Origin: Polyangiaceae bacterium
Lineage (GTDB): Bacteria; Myxococcota_A; Polyangia; Polyangiales; Polyangiaceae
Direction of reading: 5' to 3'
NCBI GenBank assembly: GCA_044376115.1
Contig: JBILLK010000001.1
Span: 160,001 to 224,000 of the forward strand
DNA: 64,000 nucleotides
Part shown: positions 28,877 to 38,162 of the stretch, in pieces
How positions within the stretch are numbered: position 1 is the stretch's first letter
Layout of the letters: every line of letters begins with the position of its first letter
The notes under the pieces: model-generated
What the model was told of the DNA's origin: nothing
The model's database searches: none
Seen by the model: the letters and a program-made list of their open reading frames with translations, nothing else
Position numbers and translations under genes: made by a program

Positions 28877-29847
28877 CGAGCGGCGTCCAGCGCATGGTAG
28901 GTAAGAATAAAGTCAGCGCCTGCCCGTTTGATCGATAGCAGCGCCTCCAGCGTGGCGCGCCTTTCGTCGAGCATGCCCGCTTGAGCTGCGGCCTTGATCA
29001 TCGCGTACTCTCCGCTCACGTTGTAGGCCGCGAGTGGCAGGTTGGTTCGGTCACGCACGCGCGCGATGACATCCAAGTAAGGCAGGGCTGGCTTCACCAT
29101 GACCATGTCCGCACCTTCAGCCTCGTCTTGCGCGAGTTCCCGAAGTGCCTCACGTGTATTGCCCGGATCCATTTGGTAGGAGGAGCGGTCTCCAAACTTG
29201 GGCGCGCAGTCCGCGGCATCTCTGAACGGACCATAGAAGGACGAGGCGTACTTAACAGCGTAGGAAAGGATAGCCACATCCTGAAAACCTTCCGCATCGA
29301 GCGCCCTTCGGATGGCGCCAACTCGGCCGTCCATCATGTCGCTCGGTGCGACCACGTCAGCCCCAGCGCGCGCCTGGGTTAGGGCGGACCGGCAGAGCAC
29401 CTCCAACGTAGCGTCATTATCCACGACCTGCTCGCCGCGACGATTCTTCACTAGGACGCCGCAGTGGCCGTGATCGGTATACTCATCAACACAGGTATCA
29501 GTCATTACGAGCAAGTCGGGCGCCTTGTCCTTCATGCGCATAACCGCCTGCGGAACCGGCCCATTGGGGTTGCAGGCGGCGTCTCCGCAGGCATCCTTCT
29601 CTTTGGGCAAGCCGAAGAGAATCACGCCTCCGAGCCCAGCTTGCTGCGCGCGCTGGGCAATCTCGGCGGCTGCGCTAATAGGCAATTGGTCGACGCCAGG
29701 CATGGTACCGACTGGCCTTGCCGTGCTCAGGGTTTCACTGAAGAACAGCGGAAGCACGAAGTCACCGGGATCGAGCCGCACCTCACGCACGAGGTTACGA
29801 ATCGCTGCCGTTTGCCGAAGACGCCTAGGCCGAACATGGGGAAACAT
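28864..29847 (-). CDS. hemB: Porphobilinogen synthase
   Basis: RPRRLR, YTDHGHCG, APSDMMDGRV, KYASSFYGPFRDA, MVKPAL, AYNVSGEYAMIK. Confidence 0.97.
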   Translation of the reverse strand: MFPHVRPRRLRQTAAIRNLVREVRLDPGDFVLPLFFSETLSTARPVGTMPGVDQLPISAAAEIAQRAQQAGLGGVILFGLPKEKDACGDAACNPNGPVPQAVMRMKDKAPDLLVMTDTCVDEYTDHGHCGVLVKNRRGEQVVDNDATLEVLCRSALTQARAGADVVAPSDMMDGRVGAIRRALDAEGFQDVAILSYAVKYASSFYGPFRDAADCAPKFGDRSSYQMDPGNTREALRELAQDEAEGADMVMVKPALPYLDVIARVRDRTNLPLAAYNVSGEYAMIKAAAQAGMLDERRATLEALLSIKRAGADFILTYHALDAARWLG

Positions 29848-29912
29848 TGGGCTGCCAGCCTAGCGCCTCCGCGCGCAGTTACCAGTACCGTACCTTTTGG
29901 TGACAGTCAGTC

Positions 29913-31229
29913 TCAGCTGATCCAACCGTTGGCTTCGGCCTTGGCTACGAACGCCCGCGCCAGATCCTCCGCACGAATGATCGAGCGCAGATGGAAGCGC
30001 TCGGCCTTGCCCATCTCCAAGAGGCCGAGCAGGCGTCCACGCGGGCGCAGCGGAATCATCACTGCGCCCTCAACTTGGCGGCCCAACTTCGACAGGCGGG
30101 CAATCGTAGCGTCACCAGCGGGCCCAGGTGCCGGCTCTGCAATCACGATTGAACCGCCGGCCGCCGCGACCACGGCCGGGTCCAACAACCGAACTCTGCT
30201 TCCAAGCAGCTCTGGTGCGTTTGGACCGTGGGCACACACAACCGTGGCTCCCTCATCCGACATGCGATGGACAAGGGCGATGTCCGCCGGCGTTCTTTGA
30301 ACAATTGAGTGGAGCAGTAGTAACAGGCCGTCCGCCAAATCTTTGGCCGGCGCTAGCTCAAGCTCCGGCGTCCAACCCGGCGCAGAGAACTCTCCAATTG
30401 GCGCTGGCCGCAACGAGCCGCGAGAAGCCTCTGCCGCGTCGGAACTCGCCGGGAAGTCACTTACGCCCCTCATGCCGCTCGGGCGCGGAACGGATGACTC
30501 GATGCGGGGCCTCGGCACAGCCGAAGGCGAAGGTTGGTTCGTTGGAGCGGACGATTGAGCCCCGGGCGGGGAGGTCAACGGACGCTGGGACCGTGCCGGC
30601 GGCGTCCTTGACGGACTTGGCAGCGGCTTGGGCGCGTCCAGTACAATGGGCGGGCCGAAGGGTCGCTGGGTCGCGACGTTGGTCTCTTCATCGTCGATCA
30701 GCGAAGCGAGCGTCAGCCGCTGGGCCCCGAGCAGATCAGCGGAGTCCTGATTGACGGTGACCAGCTCGGTCTCGGGGAGTTGGGTCGAGAGCCCCTGAAA
30801 CCGCGGAGGGCTCGAGACAGTCGCGACACCGTCGCTCGGTAGCGTCACCGCGAGAACCGAGTGGGCCGGAGCCGGGGCATCAAGCTCAGCCCGCTCCTCT
30901 GAGGAGGCTTCCTCCAGCAGGTCAGATGAGTGAAACTCCTCCGTCTCGACGCTCGCCGAGTGAGCCAAGTCCTCATCAGCGAACGACTGCAACGTCTCCG
31001 CGTGGGAGCCTGTACCGCCTTCTGGTTGCCCCTCAGTGAAGTCGGAAAGCGGGCGCCAAACCTTCCAGCTCTCGTTGCGAACGAAGCTATCCGTTGGGAC
31101 TCGGCCGAGCTCAATGCCCCGTGCAAGCAGATCAAGCCGGAGCGGACCGACGGCATTCAAGCCATCCGTCACGTACCACTTGTCTAGCTTCTGGGCCCCA
31201 AGACCACCCGACTTCAGTCTTACCGCCAT
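29913..31229 (-). CDS. Protein with an N-terminal GYF_2-like domain, disordered linker and C-terminal GAF-like domain
   Basis: WYV...VGP...GRV...W..WRPL pattern; acidic then Pro-rich linker; AVMIPLRPRGRLLGLLEM GAF terminal strands. Confidence 0.72.
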   Translation of the reverse strand: MAVRLKSGGLGAQKLDKWYVTDGLNAVGPLRLDLLARGIELGRVPTDSFVRNESWKVWRPLSDFTEGQPEGGTGSHAETLQSFADEDLAHSASVETEEFHSSDLLEEASSEERAELDAPAPAHSVLAVTLPSDGVATVSSPPRFQGLSTQLPETELVTVNQDSADLLGAQRLTLASLIDDEETNVATQRPFGPPIVLDAPKPLPSPSRTPPARSQRPLTSPPGAQSSAPTNQPSPSAVPRPRIESSVPRPSGMRGVSDFPASSDAAEASRGSLRPAPIGEFSAPGWTPELELAPAKDLADGLLLLLHSIVQRTPADIALVHRMSDEGATVVCAHGPNAPELLGSRVRLLDPAVVAAAGGSIVIAEPAPGPAGDATIARLSKLGRQVEGAVMIPLRPRGRLLGLLEMGKAERFHLRSIIRAEDLARAFVAKAEANGWIS

Positions 31230-31327
31230 GGTCAAGACGACCTCGCCCCTCCCGAACAATCGGCTTATGGCGGTCATCGATTGGATTGTCAAGCACGCGG
31301 GGTTTGATCAGAGTGATCGTACTCTGA

Positions 31328-32587
31328 ATGGAATTGGCGAACGTGATTCTCGACGGGGCCGACCTCTCTTTTGCCGGGTTGCAAGAGGTATTTCGAGCAC
31401 TCGCCGAAGGCGGCGCCGTTGAACTCACGAGCGCGCTCTCCACAGAAGCTCACGGGCCCGTTAGCCAGAGCTTGCGCGTATCGTTTGAGCGGGGAATCGA
31501 GCCGACGGCGGCGCATCTCTCCTGTGGTGGCGCCTTTCTGTTTCTCACGCGCCCAAGCGAGCTCGGAGCGCTTCTCTCAAAGCTTGCCCACGCAGGCTTG
31601 GCGCCGCTCACCAGCGTGCAGCTGAGGACGCCACGCGAAACGATTGCCACCTGGCACCTTCACCAACTGCATCACTCACAACACCTGCGGCCAACCAACG
31701 AGCCATGCCTTGGACTGTGTGTGGGGGACTTCTCCCCTTTTGATGCCGTTTCCAAGACAATCCTAACTGCCTATCAAGGCTATGGGCCATTGGCTGGAAA
31801 GCGAGTTCTCGTTCTCCGAGCAGCCCACCAACAAGGTACTGTGGAGAAAGAGTTGAGCAAACGTCGTGCGCAAGCCATCGCTCACCCGCTGATTGGTGTT
31901 CAGGCGCTCCCGCTCTCAGCAGAGGACGAGCAGACATTGCTATGTCCGCAGGATTTTGGCTTAGTGGTCTTTACCAGCGTCAACAGCGTTGAAGCCTATT
32001 TTAATCTATTAGAAGCCAAGCAGCTTGGCGTTGACACGTTCGGCCGGATGCCTCTGGCAGCCATTGGAGAGTCGACCCGAAAGGCGCTCGTCGGGCGCGG
32101 TGCAAACGTGGCATTCACCCCCTCGGTTGCAACGGGTGAAGGGTTTGCAACCGCTATCGCTGCTCACTTCGCCGCACAACCTTCAGCTCGTCGCAAGGTC
32201 TTGCTGCCCCGTGCGCTCGTTGCACGGGAGGCTCTACCGAACACGCTTAGGGAGGCTGGGGTCGAGGTAAGGACCATCGCTCTCTACGAAAATAGCGGCC
32301 TTGCCCGTGAGAGTGGAGCCGCGATCGCGGAGCTAGTCCGCACAAAAGCCGTAGACATCGTGCTCTTGACCTCCGGCTCAATTGCGGAGGCGCTCGCCGA
32401 CATTGTTCAGCAATACAACATTACCGAGGGCGAACTCAAAGAGCTCCAATTAGCGAGCATTGGACCCATCACGACCGAGGCTGCCCGCTCGAGATCACTG
32501 CCAGTTACGGTGACCGCCGAAGAGAGCTCAATCAGTGGACTGGTTCACTACCTCGAAAAGTTCAATAGCGAACTCGAACGAGCGTAA
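31328..32587 (+). CDS. hemD: Uroporphyrinogen-III synthase with a degenerate N-terminal extension
   Basis: PLAGKRVLVLR, VFTSVNSV, AAIGEST, LLPRALVARE, LTSGS, SIGPIT. Near hemB. Confidence 0.85.
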   Translation: MELANVILDGADLSFAGLQEVFRALAEGGAVELTSALSTEAHGPVSQSLRVSFERGIEPTAAHLSCGGAFLFLTRPSELGALLSKLAHAGLAPLTSVQLRTPRETIATWHLHQLHHSQHLRPTNEPCLGLCVGDFSPFDAVSKTILTAYQGYGPLAGKRVLVLRAAHQQGTVEKELSKRRAQAIAHPLIGVQALPLSAEDEQTLLCPQDFGLVVFTSVNSVEAYFNLLEAKQLGVDTFGRMPLAAIGESTRKALVGRGANVAFTPSVATGEGFATAIAAHFAAQPSARRKVLLPRALVAREALPNTLREAGVEVRTIALYENSGLARESGAAIAELVRTKAVDIVLLTSGSIAEALADIVQQYNITEGELKELQLASIGPITTEAARSRSLPVTVTAEESSISGLVHYLEKFNSELERA

Positions 32588-35096
32588 ACTTATTGTTCTC
32601 TGAAGCATTTGTAAGCGGCTCTACCTGCTTTGCTCCGCGCAACTCTGAGTTGAGCCCGCCGATACGGGAACTTGGCAATAGCACGTAGAAGGTCCTATCG
32701 CCTTTCTTGCGTCGTTCACCGAGGTAGTCACGAAACGACTTTCCACTGTCGACGAAGATCGCGAGCTTACCGCCGGTGTAGAAGTTCTCGCCCTTCCAAT
32801 TCATTTGATAGGCGATCAGCAAGCCTGGGTTGGCCTTCTGTTCACGCCAATAGTGGAGCACCAAGCCGCGCTGCCCCCAGTGAGGAGCACTCTCCGGAAG
32901 ATAAATCCAGAGACAGAAGGCAGTGAACATCGTGGCCAAGAGGCCAACGACAGAAACGGCTCGAGCCCGCGCAGAGACAACCCCCAAAGTGGCGAGCGCC
33001 AGCCCGACTCCAAGGGAGCCTATGGCAACTGGGTAACGTAGCTCTTGTGGCCACGCGCGAGCATAATCATAGGTAAAAAGCTGCAATAGGCGTGCATAAG
33101 TGGGGCCAGTTTCGGATTGGAGCAAGTCTTTGGTTGCTGCCAATAGAAGTGCTGCCCCCAGACCCACCCAAAGCCAATCTGCGGTCTTGCGCGCCGCCCC
33201 CTGTGCTCGTAGCCAACGCGCAACCCCTATCCCGATGAGCGCCGCGATAGGGGGCAATACCGGAAGAATGTAGTGATGGAACTTCGTCTGCATGAACGAG
33301 AAGAGCGCGAAGGCCGCCATCCCCCATAGGACGAACATCTGCTCGACGACTACTCGACAGTTCGTCCCATTGGACAGGCGAAGATTCGCCAGGATACGCG
33401 GCAAGACGCCCAACCAAGGCAGACATCCGTATCCCAACTGCCAAAGGTAATAGCGGAAGCTGACATCGTCTTGACGATTGGTGTCGTGCACATGGCCGAA
33501 CGCCCGCTCGAACATGTCATGAAACAAGAGCCGATTCGTAAACACCGAGCCATGTCGCACGAACATCGCAACAAACCAGGGCAATACTACAAGCCCAAAA
33601 ACTACGGCCCCGGAGGGCAACTTCATGGTTAGGAGGAGGTTCCAGCGTTTGCTCAAGACGACAGCACCTCCCAGCGCAACAAAGGGGAAGACAACTCCAG
33701 CCGGCCCCTTCGCCAGCGTTGAGACGGCTGCGCACACAATGGCGGCCAGAAAGTAAAGAGATTGCCGCCGCGTCTCTCGCCACTCGAGGAATAGGAACAG
33801 AACAAGCCCTTGAAGCCAAAGTGCTGCCTGCAAGATGGGAGCGGCTTTTTCGTGAGTCGGGGAAACCTCCTGACAGGCGGCGATCCCCGGCCAAACGCCG
33901 CAGTTTCCCGGTGACCCGGAGCTGAACAGGTCTTGTGCGAACTTGATCGGTGGAATCCGCAAGCTGCCTGTTGGGGTTAGGTTGACGACGATATTCCTAC
34001 TAATGAGGTAAAGAATCTGGGGGAGGACCAATAACAGCACGGTAGCGATCAAGAGTTGGCGCCCCGAGAAACCAAGCTGCCAACGCCCTAACGCTACTCT
34101 GACGACCTTGATGGGTGCATTGACCGATTCAGCTGTAGCAAGAGCAATGAAGGCAATCGCCGCCGTCATCGCGGCGACAAACGGCATATCCGTCATGGTT
34201 TGATGCGAAATGAACGCCCACTGCGGCATCGTCGTCAGGGCCAGACCAGCCCACAAACCTGCTTTGCGTCCGAAGACCTTCGCTACAGCGGCGTAGAGCA
34301 GATAGGTAGCTAGCAGCGCGAACAGGAAGATGGGAAAGCGAACGGCCCATTCAGGCGCGGGCGAGAGGCCGGGGGCACCGTTGAGCATGCCCCCTGATTG
34401 GTGGTCCACACCCAGTAGCGACATGGCCCCTGCCTGTAGCCAGAACACGAGAACTGGCTTGGAGAAGAACCACCCTTCATTCGCCCACCAAAGCGAGATC
34501 CAGTCGCGGCGGCTTAGGATCTCGCGGGAGACCTCGCCATAGTGCGTCTCCCAGGGATCGGTCAGGGAATGAGTTCCTAGGGTTGGAAGCAATAGCAAGG
34601 TTGCAATGACGAGTAGCCAATAGCCCTCACGCCGAAAGAACCTTCGCTGGAGCCTCGCCGCTCCGTCCTGCCGCTCGGTATGGGCTCGTACAGCATCCCC
34701 AAGCGAGCCCACGCTGGAGAGCAGGCCGACGAACGATAAGGGCACCAAGAAGCTGCTGCTTGCAGCTAGGGTTCCGCGAACTGCCAGCCGTAGGGATAGA
34801 TAGGTAGCGGCGACGCTCAGCAGCAGCAGCAGCCCCGGTCGCAATAGCGCTTGGCCTGGTACGACCGGGAGGTCGCTGCGGTCCTCAAACGTTCGCAGGG
34901 CGTGGAGCACGCCGACGATCGCGACCAACAGCCCGACTAGGAGCAGCACCCAGGTGGCCGCGGCACCAAACGCACCGGCCATCCCAAGCCAGGCCAGGCC
35001 TGCACCGCCGATGGCTGCAAGCAGAGGGCGGCGCCGGAGCGGTAGCCGAGCAGGATCGGCGACATTGGCTGACTCGGCGCCGCGTTCTTGCGTCAC
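32562..35096 (-). CDS. ArnT/PMT-like GT-C (family 39/83) membrane glycosyltransferase
   Basis: DPWETHYGEVSRE, FFSKPVLVFW, WAVRFP, MTDMPF, LAKGP, TKFHHYILP, more than 13 TM segments. GTGA overlap with valS. Confidence 0.88.
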   Translation of the reverse strand: MTQERGAESANVADPARLPLRRRPLLAAIGGAGLAWLGMAGAFGAAATWVLLLVGLLVAIVGVLHALRTFEDRSDLPVVPGQALLRPGLLLLLSVAATYLSLRLAVRGTLAASSSFLVPLSFVGLLSSVGSLGDAVRAHTERQDGAARLQRRFFRREGYWLLVIATLLLLPTLGTHSLTDPWETHYGEVSREILSRRDWISLWWANEGWFFSKPVLVFWLQAGAMSLLGVDHQSGGMLNGAPGLSPAPEWAVRFPIFLFALLATYLLYAAVAKVFGRKAGLWAGLALTTMPQWAFISHQTMTDMPFVAAMTAAIAFIALATAESVNAPIKVVRVALGRWQLGFSGRQLLIATVLLLVLPQILYLISRNIVVNLTPTGSLRIPPIKFAQDLFSSGSPGNCGVWPGIAACQEVSPTHEKAAPILQAALWLQGLVLFLFLEWRETRRQSLYFLAAIVCAAVSTLAKGPAGVVFPFVALGGAVVLSKRWNLLLTMKLPSGAVVFGLVVLPWFVAMFVRHGSVFTNRLLFHDMFERAFGHVHDTNRQDDVSFRYYLWQLGYGCLPWLGVLPRILANLRLSNGTNCRVVVEQMFVLWGMAAFALFSFMQTKFHHYILPVLPPIAALIGIGVARWLRAQGAARKTADWLWVGLGAALLLAATKDLLQSETGPTYARLLQLFTYDYARAWPQELRYPVAIGSLGVGLALATLGVVSARARAVSVVGLLATMFTAFCLWIYLPESAPHWGQRGLVLHYWREQKANPGLLIAYQMNWKGENFYTGGKLAIFVDSGKSFRDYLGERRKKGDRTFYVLLPSSRIGGLNSELRGAKQVEPLTNASENNKFTLVRVRY

Positions 35097-37948
35097 TCGA
35101 CTTTGGTGAGTTCAGAGGCGAGCGACTTGGCTTCTTCCAGCGCGACTCGGCGACGCTGCAACTCTGCCAGCAGCTCGGTCGACTCGATCACCACCTCGCG
35201 CGGAGCTTTATCGGCGAACGAGGGCAACGCGAGCTTCTTTTGCAGCGCCGCAATGTCCTTCTCGGTGCGTGCGATCTCGCGCTCCACACGGGCGCGTTCC
35301 TTGTCCGGATCCACCAGGCCAACGAGCGAAACGTACACGTCGACCTCGTTCGCCGACGACATCACGCAGCCCGAAGGGCGGCTCTCGTTACGGGTGCTAA
35401 TCCGTGCAGGACCTTTCGTCTTGGCGAGCGTCTTCACCGAGACGGCCTCACGCTCGAGCAGCGCCCGCACCGACTCATTGTCGCTGGTCAAGAGGACGGA
35501 CACCTCGCTCGCTGGGTGCACTTCATGCTCACTGCGAACGGTGCGTACCGTGGTGATCACCGACTGCATGGTGCTCATTTCGCTCTCAGCCGTTGGATCG
35601 AGAGCGATGGCCTCGGCCTTGGGGAAGGCCGCGACGACGAGACAGGAGGCTGCCCCCGCCGGCCGCGGGACCTTGGTCCAAAGCTCCTCGGTGATGAAGG
35701 GAATGAACGGATGCAAAAGCCGAAGGCTGCCTTCGAGCACCCAAGCAAAGACCTGCCGGGTTTCTTGCAGCTCTTCTTTGCCTGCAGCGAACACGGGCTT
35801 GCAGAGCTCGAGGTACCAATCGCAGAACTCGTTCCAGAAGAAGCGATACGCCGCGCTCGTTGAGTCATCGAGACGGAACTCGTCAATGCCTGTCTTCACG
35901 GCTTCAATGGCGGAGCGGAACCGTCCGAGGATCCAGCGGTTGGCTAGTAGGGTGGCGGGAGGCGGAGCGTCAGTGATGGTGACACCCTCGAGGTAGGGAA
36001 GCGCAAAGCGTGTCGCGTTCCACAGCTTGTTGCAGAAGTGACGATAGCCCTCGATCTTTTTGGGGCTGAGCGGAATGCGCTTGGCCTGCGGCGAGTAGCT
36101 GGCGAGGGTGAAGCGAAGAGCATCCGTGCCGTAGGCAGGAAAGCCTTTGCCCATCTGCGCGGCCGACGGATAGGCCTTCTTGAACTTCTTCAGCGCCTCG
36201 TCGAGCGCAGCGCCGGGGGCGGCCTTCTGCACCACTTCTTCAAACGAGCTGCCGTAAACGAGATCGAGCGGGTCGATCACGTTGCCCTTCACTTTGCTCA
36301 TCTTGTCGCCGGTTTCATCGACGACCATGCCGTGGAGCAGCACCCGCTTGAACGGGGCTTTGCCCATGAAGTGGATGCCCATCATCATCATGCGGGCGAC
36401 CCAGAAGAACAGGATGTCGTAGCCAGTCTCGAGGTCGGAGGCTGGGTAGAATTTCTCGAGCAGATTGGTCTTGTTGGGCCAGCCGAGCGTTGAAAAGGGC
36501 CACAGAGCCGATGAGAACCAGGTGTCGAGCACGTCCTCGTCTTGTTTGATCGCGGTCGAGCCGCAGGAGCCACACTTGTCCACGGTCTCTTCGCGAGTCA
36601 CCGTCACTTGACCGCAGGAACTGCAGTGCCACGCGGGGATGCGATGCCCCCACCAAAGCTGGCGCGAGATGCACCAATCGAGGATGTTGGTCATCCAGTG
36701 GGTGTACGTCTTCGTCCACTCCTCAGGGATGATCACCGTCTCGCCAGAGCGGACGGCCTCGAGCGCCGGCTCTGCGAGAGGCTTCATGCGCACGAACCAC
36801 TGCGTGCTGATCATTGGCTCGACCACGGAGCCGTTGCGCTGACTGCGCGGGAGGATCAACTCATGCTGCTTTGAACCGCGCGTGAGGCCTTTTTCTTCGA
36901 GCGCTTTCTTGACGGCTTTGCGCGCTACGAAGCGCTCGAGACCAGCGAATTGGCCAGCCGCATCATTCATCTTGCCGTCGAGCGTGAGGATGTTGATCTC
37001 CTCGAGCTTGTGGCGTTTGCCGGTGGCAAAGTCGTTGAAGTCGTGCGCTGGAGTGACCTTCACCGCGCCCGTTCCAAAGTTCATGTCGACGAGCTCGGCG
37101 TCGCACACGATGGGGATCTTGCGGTCCACGAACGGGTGTTCGACGAACTTGCCGTGCAGATGCTTGTAACGAGGATCATCAGGGTGAACGGCCACCGCGG
37201 TATCGCCGATCATCGTCTCCGGTCGGGTGGTGGCGACCACGATTTCCCCGCCGCCGTCGGCCTCCGACACCGGATAGGCGAACATGAACAGCTCACCTTG
37301 AGACGGCTCGTTGTCCACCTCGAGGTTGGAGAGCACCGTCATCGCCTCGCAGTCCCAATGCACGAGGCGCGTGTCTCGATAGATGAGGCCCTCTTCGTAG
37401 AGCTTGCAGAAGGCTTCCTTCACGCCCACCGACAGCTCGGGGTCCATCGTGAACTTGGAGCGATCCCAATCGGCGCTCACGCCGAGCACCCGCTGTTGCT
37501 CAGCGATGCGACCACCGCTCTCTGCCTTCCACGTCCAAACGCGCTCGATGAAGGGCTCACGCCCGAGGTCATGCCTGGAGAGTCCCTCTCGCTTGAGCTG
37601 CCGCTCCACGACGGTTTGGGTGGCAATGCCCGCGTGGTCGATACCAGGCTGCCAAAGCGTGCAGAACCCCGCCATGCGGTGGTAGCGCGTGAGAATGTCC
37701 TCCAGCGTGCAGGTGAGCGCGTGACCCATATGCAACGAGCCAGTCACGTTGGGCGGAGGCATCGGCAGGACGTAGCGAGGGCGCGCGTCCGGCAACTCGT
37801 CAGAGGCCGCAAAAACGCCCGACTCGACCCAGCGTTTGGACCAAGCCGCCTCGACTTCACGCGGCTCGTACGCTTTGGAGAAGGGCTCTCCGTCGCTTTT
37901 GGTGGAGGCTTCGGAGGGTTGCGAAGTTTGCGGTTCTGAGTTGCTCAT
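35093..37948 (-). CDS. valS: Valine--tRNA ligase
   Basis: PPPNVTGSLHMGHA, ATTRPET, DWCISRQLWWGH, DVLDTWFSS, KMSK, C-terminal coiled coil. Confidence 0.98.
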   Translation of the reverse strand: MSNSEPQTSQPSEASTKSDGEPFSKAYEPREVEAAWSKRWVESGVFAASDELPDARPRYVLPMPPPNVTGSLHMGHALTCTLEDILTRYHRMAGFCTLWQPGIDHAGIATQTVVERQLKREGLSRHDLGREPFIERVWTWKAESGGRIAEQQRVLGVSADWDRSKFTMDPELSVGVKEAFCKLYEEGLIYRDTRLVHWDCEAMTVLSNLEVDNEPSQGELFMFAYPVSEADGGGEIVVATTRPETMIGDTAVAVHPDDPRYKHLHGKFVEHPFVDRKIPIVCDAELVDMNFGTGAVKVTPAHDFNDFATGKRHKLEEINILTLDGKMNDAAGQFAGLERFVARKAVKKALEEKGLTRGSKQHELILPRSQRNGSVVEPMISTQWFVRMKPLAEPALEAVRSGETVIIPEEWTKTYTHWMTNILDWCISRQLWWGHRIPAWHCSSCGQVTVTREETVDKCGSCGSTAIKQDEDVLDTWFSSALWPFSTLGWPNKTNLLEKFYPASDLETGYDILFFWVARMMMMGIHFMGKAPFKRVLLHGMVVDETGDKMSKVKGNVIDPLDLVYGSSFEEVVQKAAPGAALDEALKKFKKAYPSAAQMGKGFPAYGTDALRFTLASYSPQAKRIPLSPKKIEGYRHFCNKLWNATRFALPYLEGVTITDAPPPATLLANRWILGRFRSAIEAVKTGIDEFRLDDSTSAAYRFFWNEFCDWYLELCKPVFAAGKEELQETRQVFAWVLEGSLRLLHPFIPFITEELWTKVPRPAGAASCLVVAAFPKAEAIALDPTAESEMSTMQSVITTVRTVRSEHEVHPASEVSVLLTSDNESVRALLEREAVSVKTLAKTKGPARISTRNESRPSGCVMSSANEVDVYVSLVGLVDPDKERARVEREIARTEKDIAALQKKLALPSFADKAPREVVIESTELLAELQRRRVALEEAKSLASELTKVE

Positions 37949-38061
37949 AGGGGAAGGGACGACCCTCTCGCCGAAATCCGACGTTCGAGTGGAGCTTCGT
38001 CCTTAGTCGCAAAGACCGCCTGCTGAAAGGGCATGCGCGAACACTGCGTCCACTCCCGAAA

Positions 38062-38099
38062 ATGCAACAAGCCCCGCGAACACGAGTTTCACGGGGCTT
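38062..38099 (-). terminator. Intrinsic terminator downstream of the RomR-like gene
   Basis: Minus strand AAGCCCCGTGAA-actcgtg-TTCGCGGGGCTT followed by GTTGCATTTT. Confidence 0.7.
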
Positions 38100-38162
38100 A
38101 GTCGCCTGGGCTGGACGCGGTCGAACCAGCCCAAGCAATGCTTGTTGCTGCCTTCGGCGGAG

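Noticed and set aside
31300..35000. Apparently weaker GC3 bias in hemD and the GT-C gene as a sign of horizontal transfer
   Set aside because: Judged by eye only; no mobility genes or flanking repeats, and the genes sit in native-looking operons. Low expression is a simpler explanation.
36130..36260. Insertion after KMSK in ValRS
   Set aside because: A comparable insertion is known in proteobacterial-type ValRS, so it is not novel.
35088..37939. Long plus-strand ORFs (302, 207, 329 aa) opposite valS
   Set aside because: Antisense shadows of a strongly codon-biased GC-rich gene; no recognisable motifs.
37949..38070. T-box or c-di-GMP riboswitch upstream of valS
   Set aside because: No T-box UGGNACC motif on the sense strand; the GCAAAG resemblance is short and on the antisense strand.
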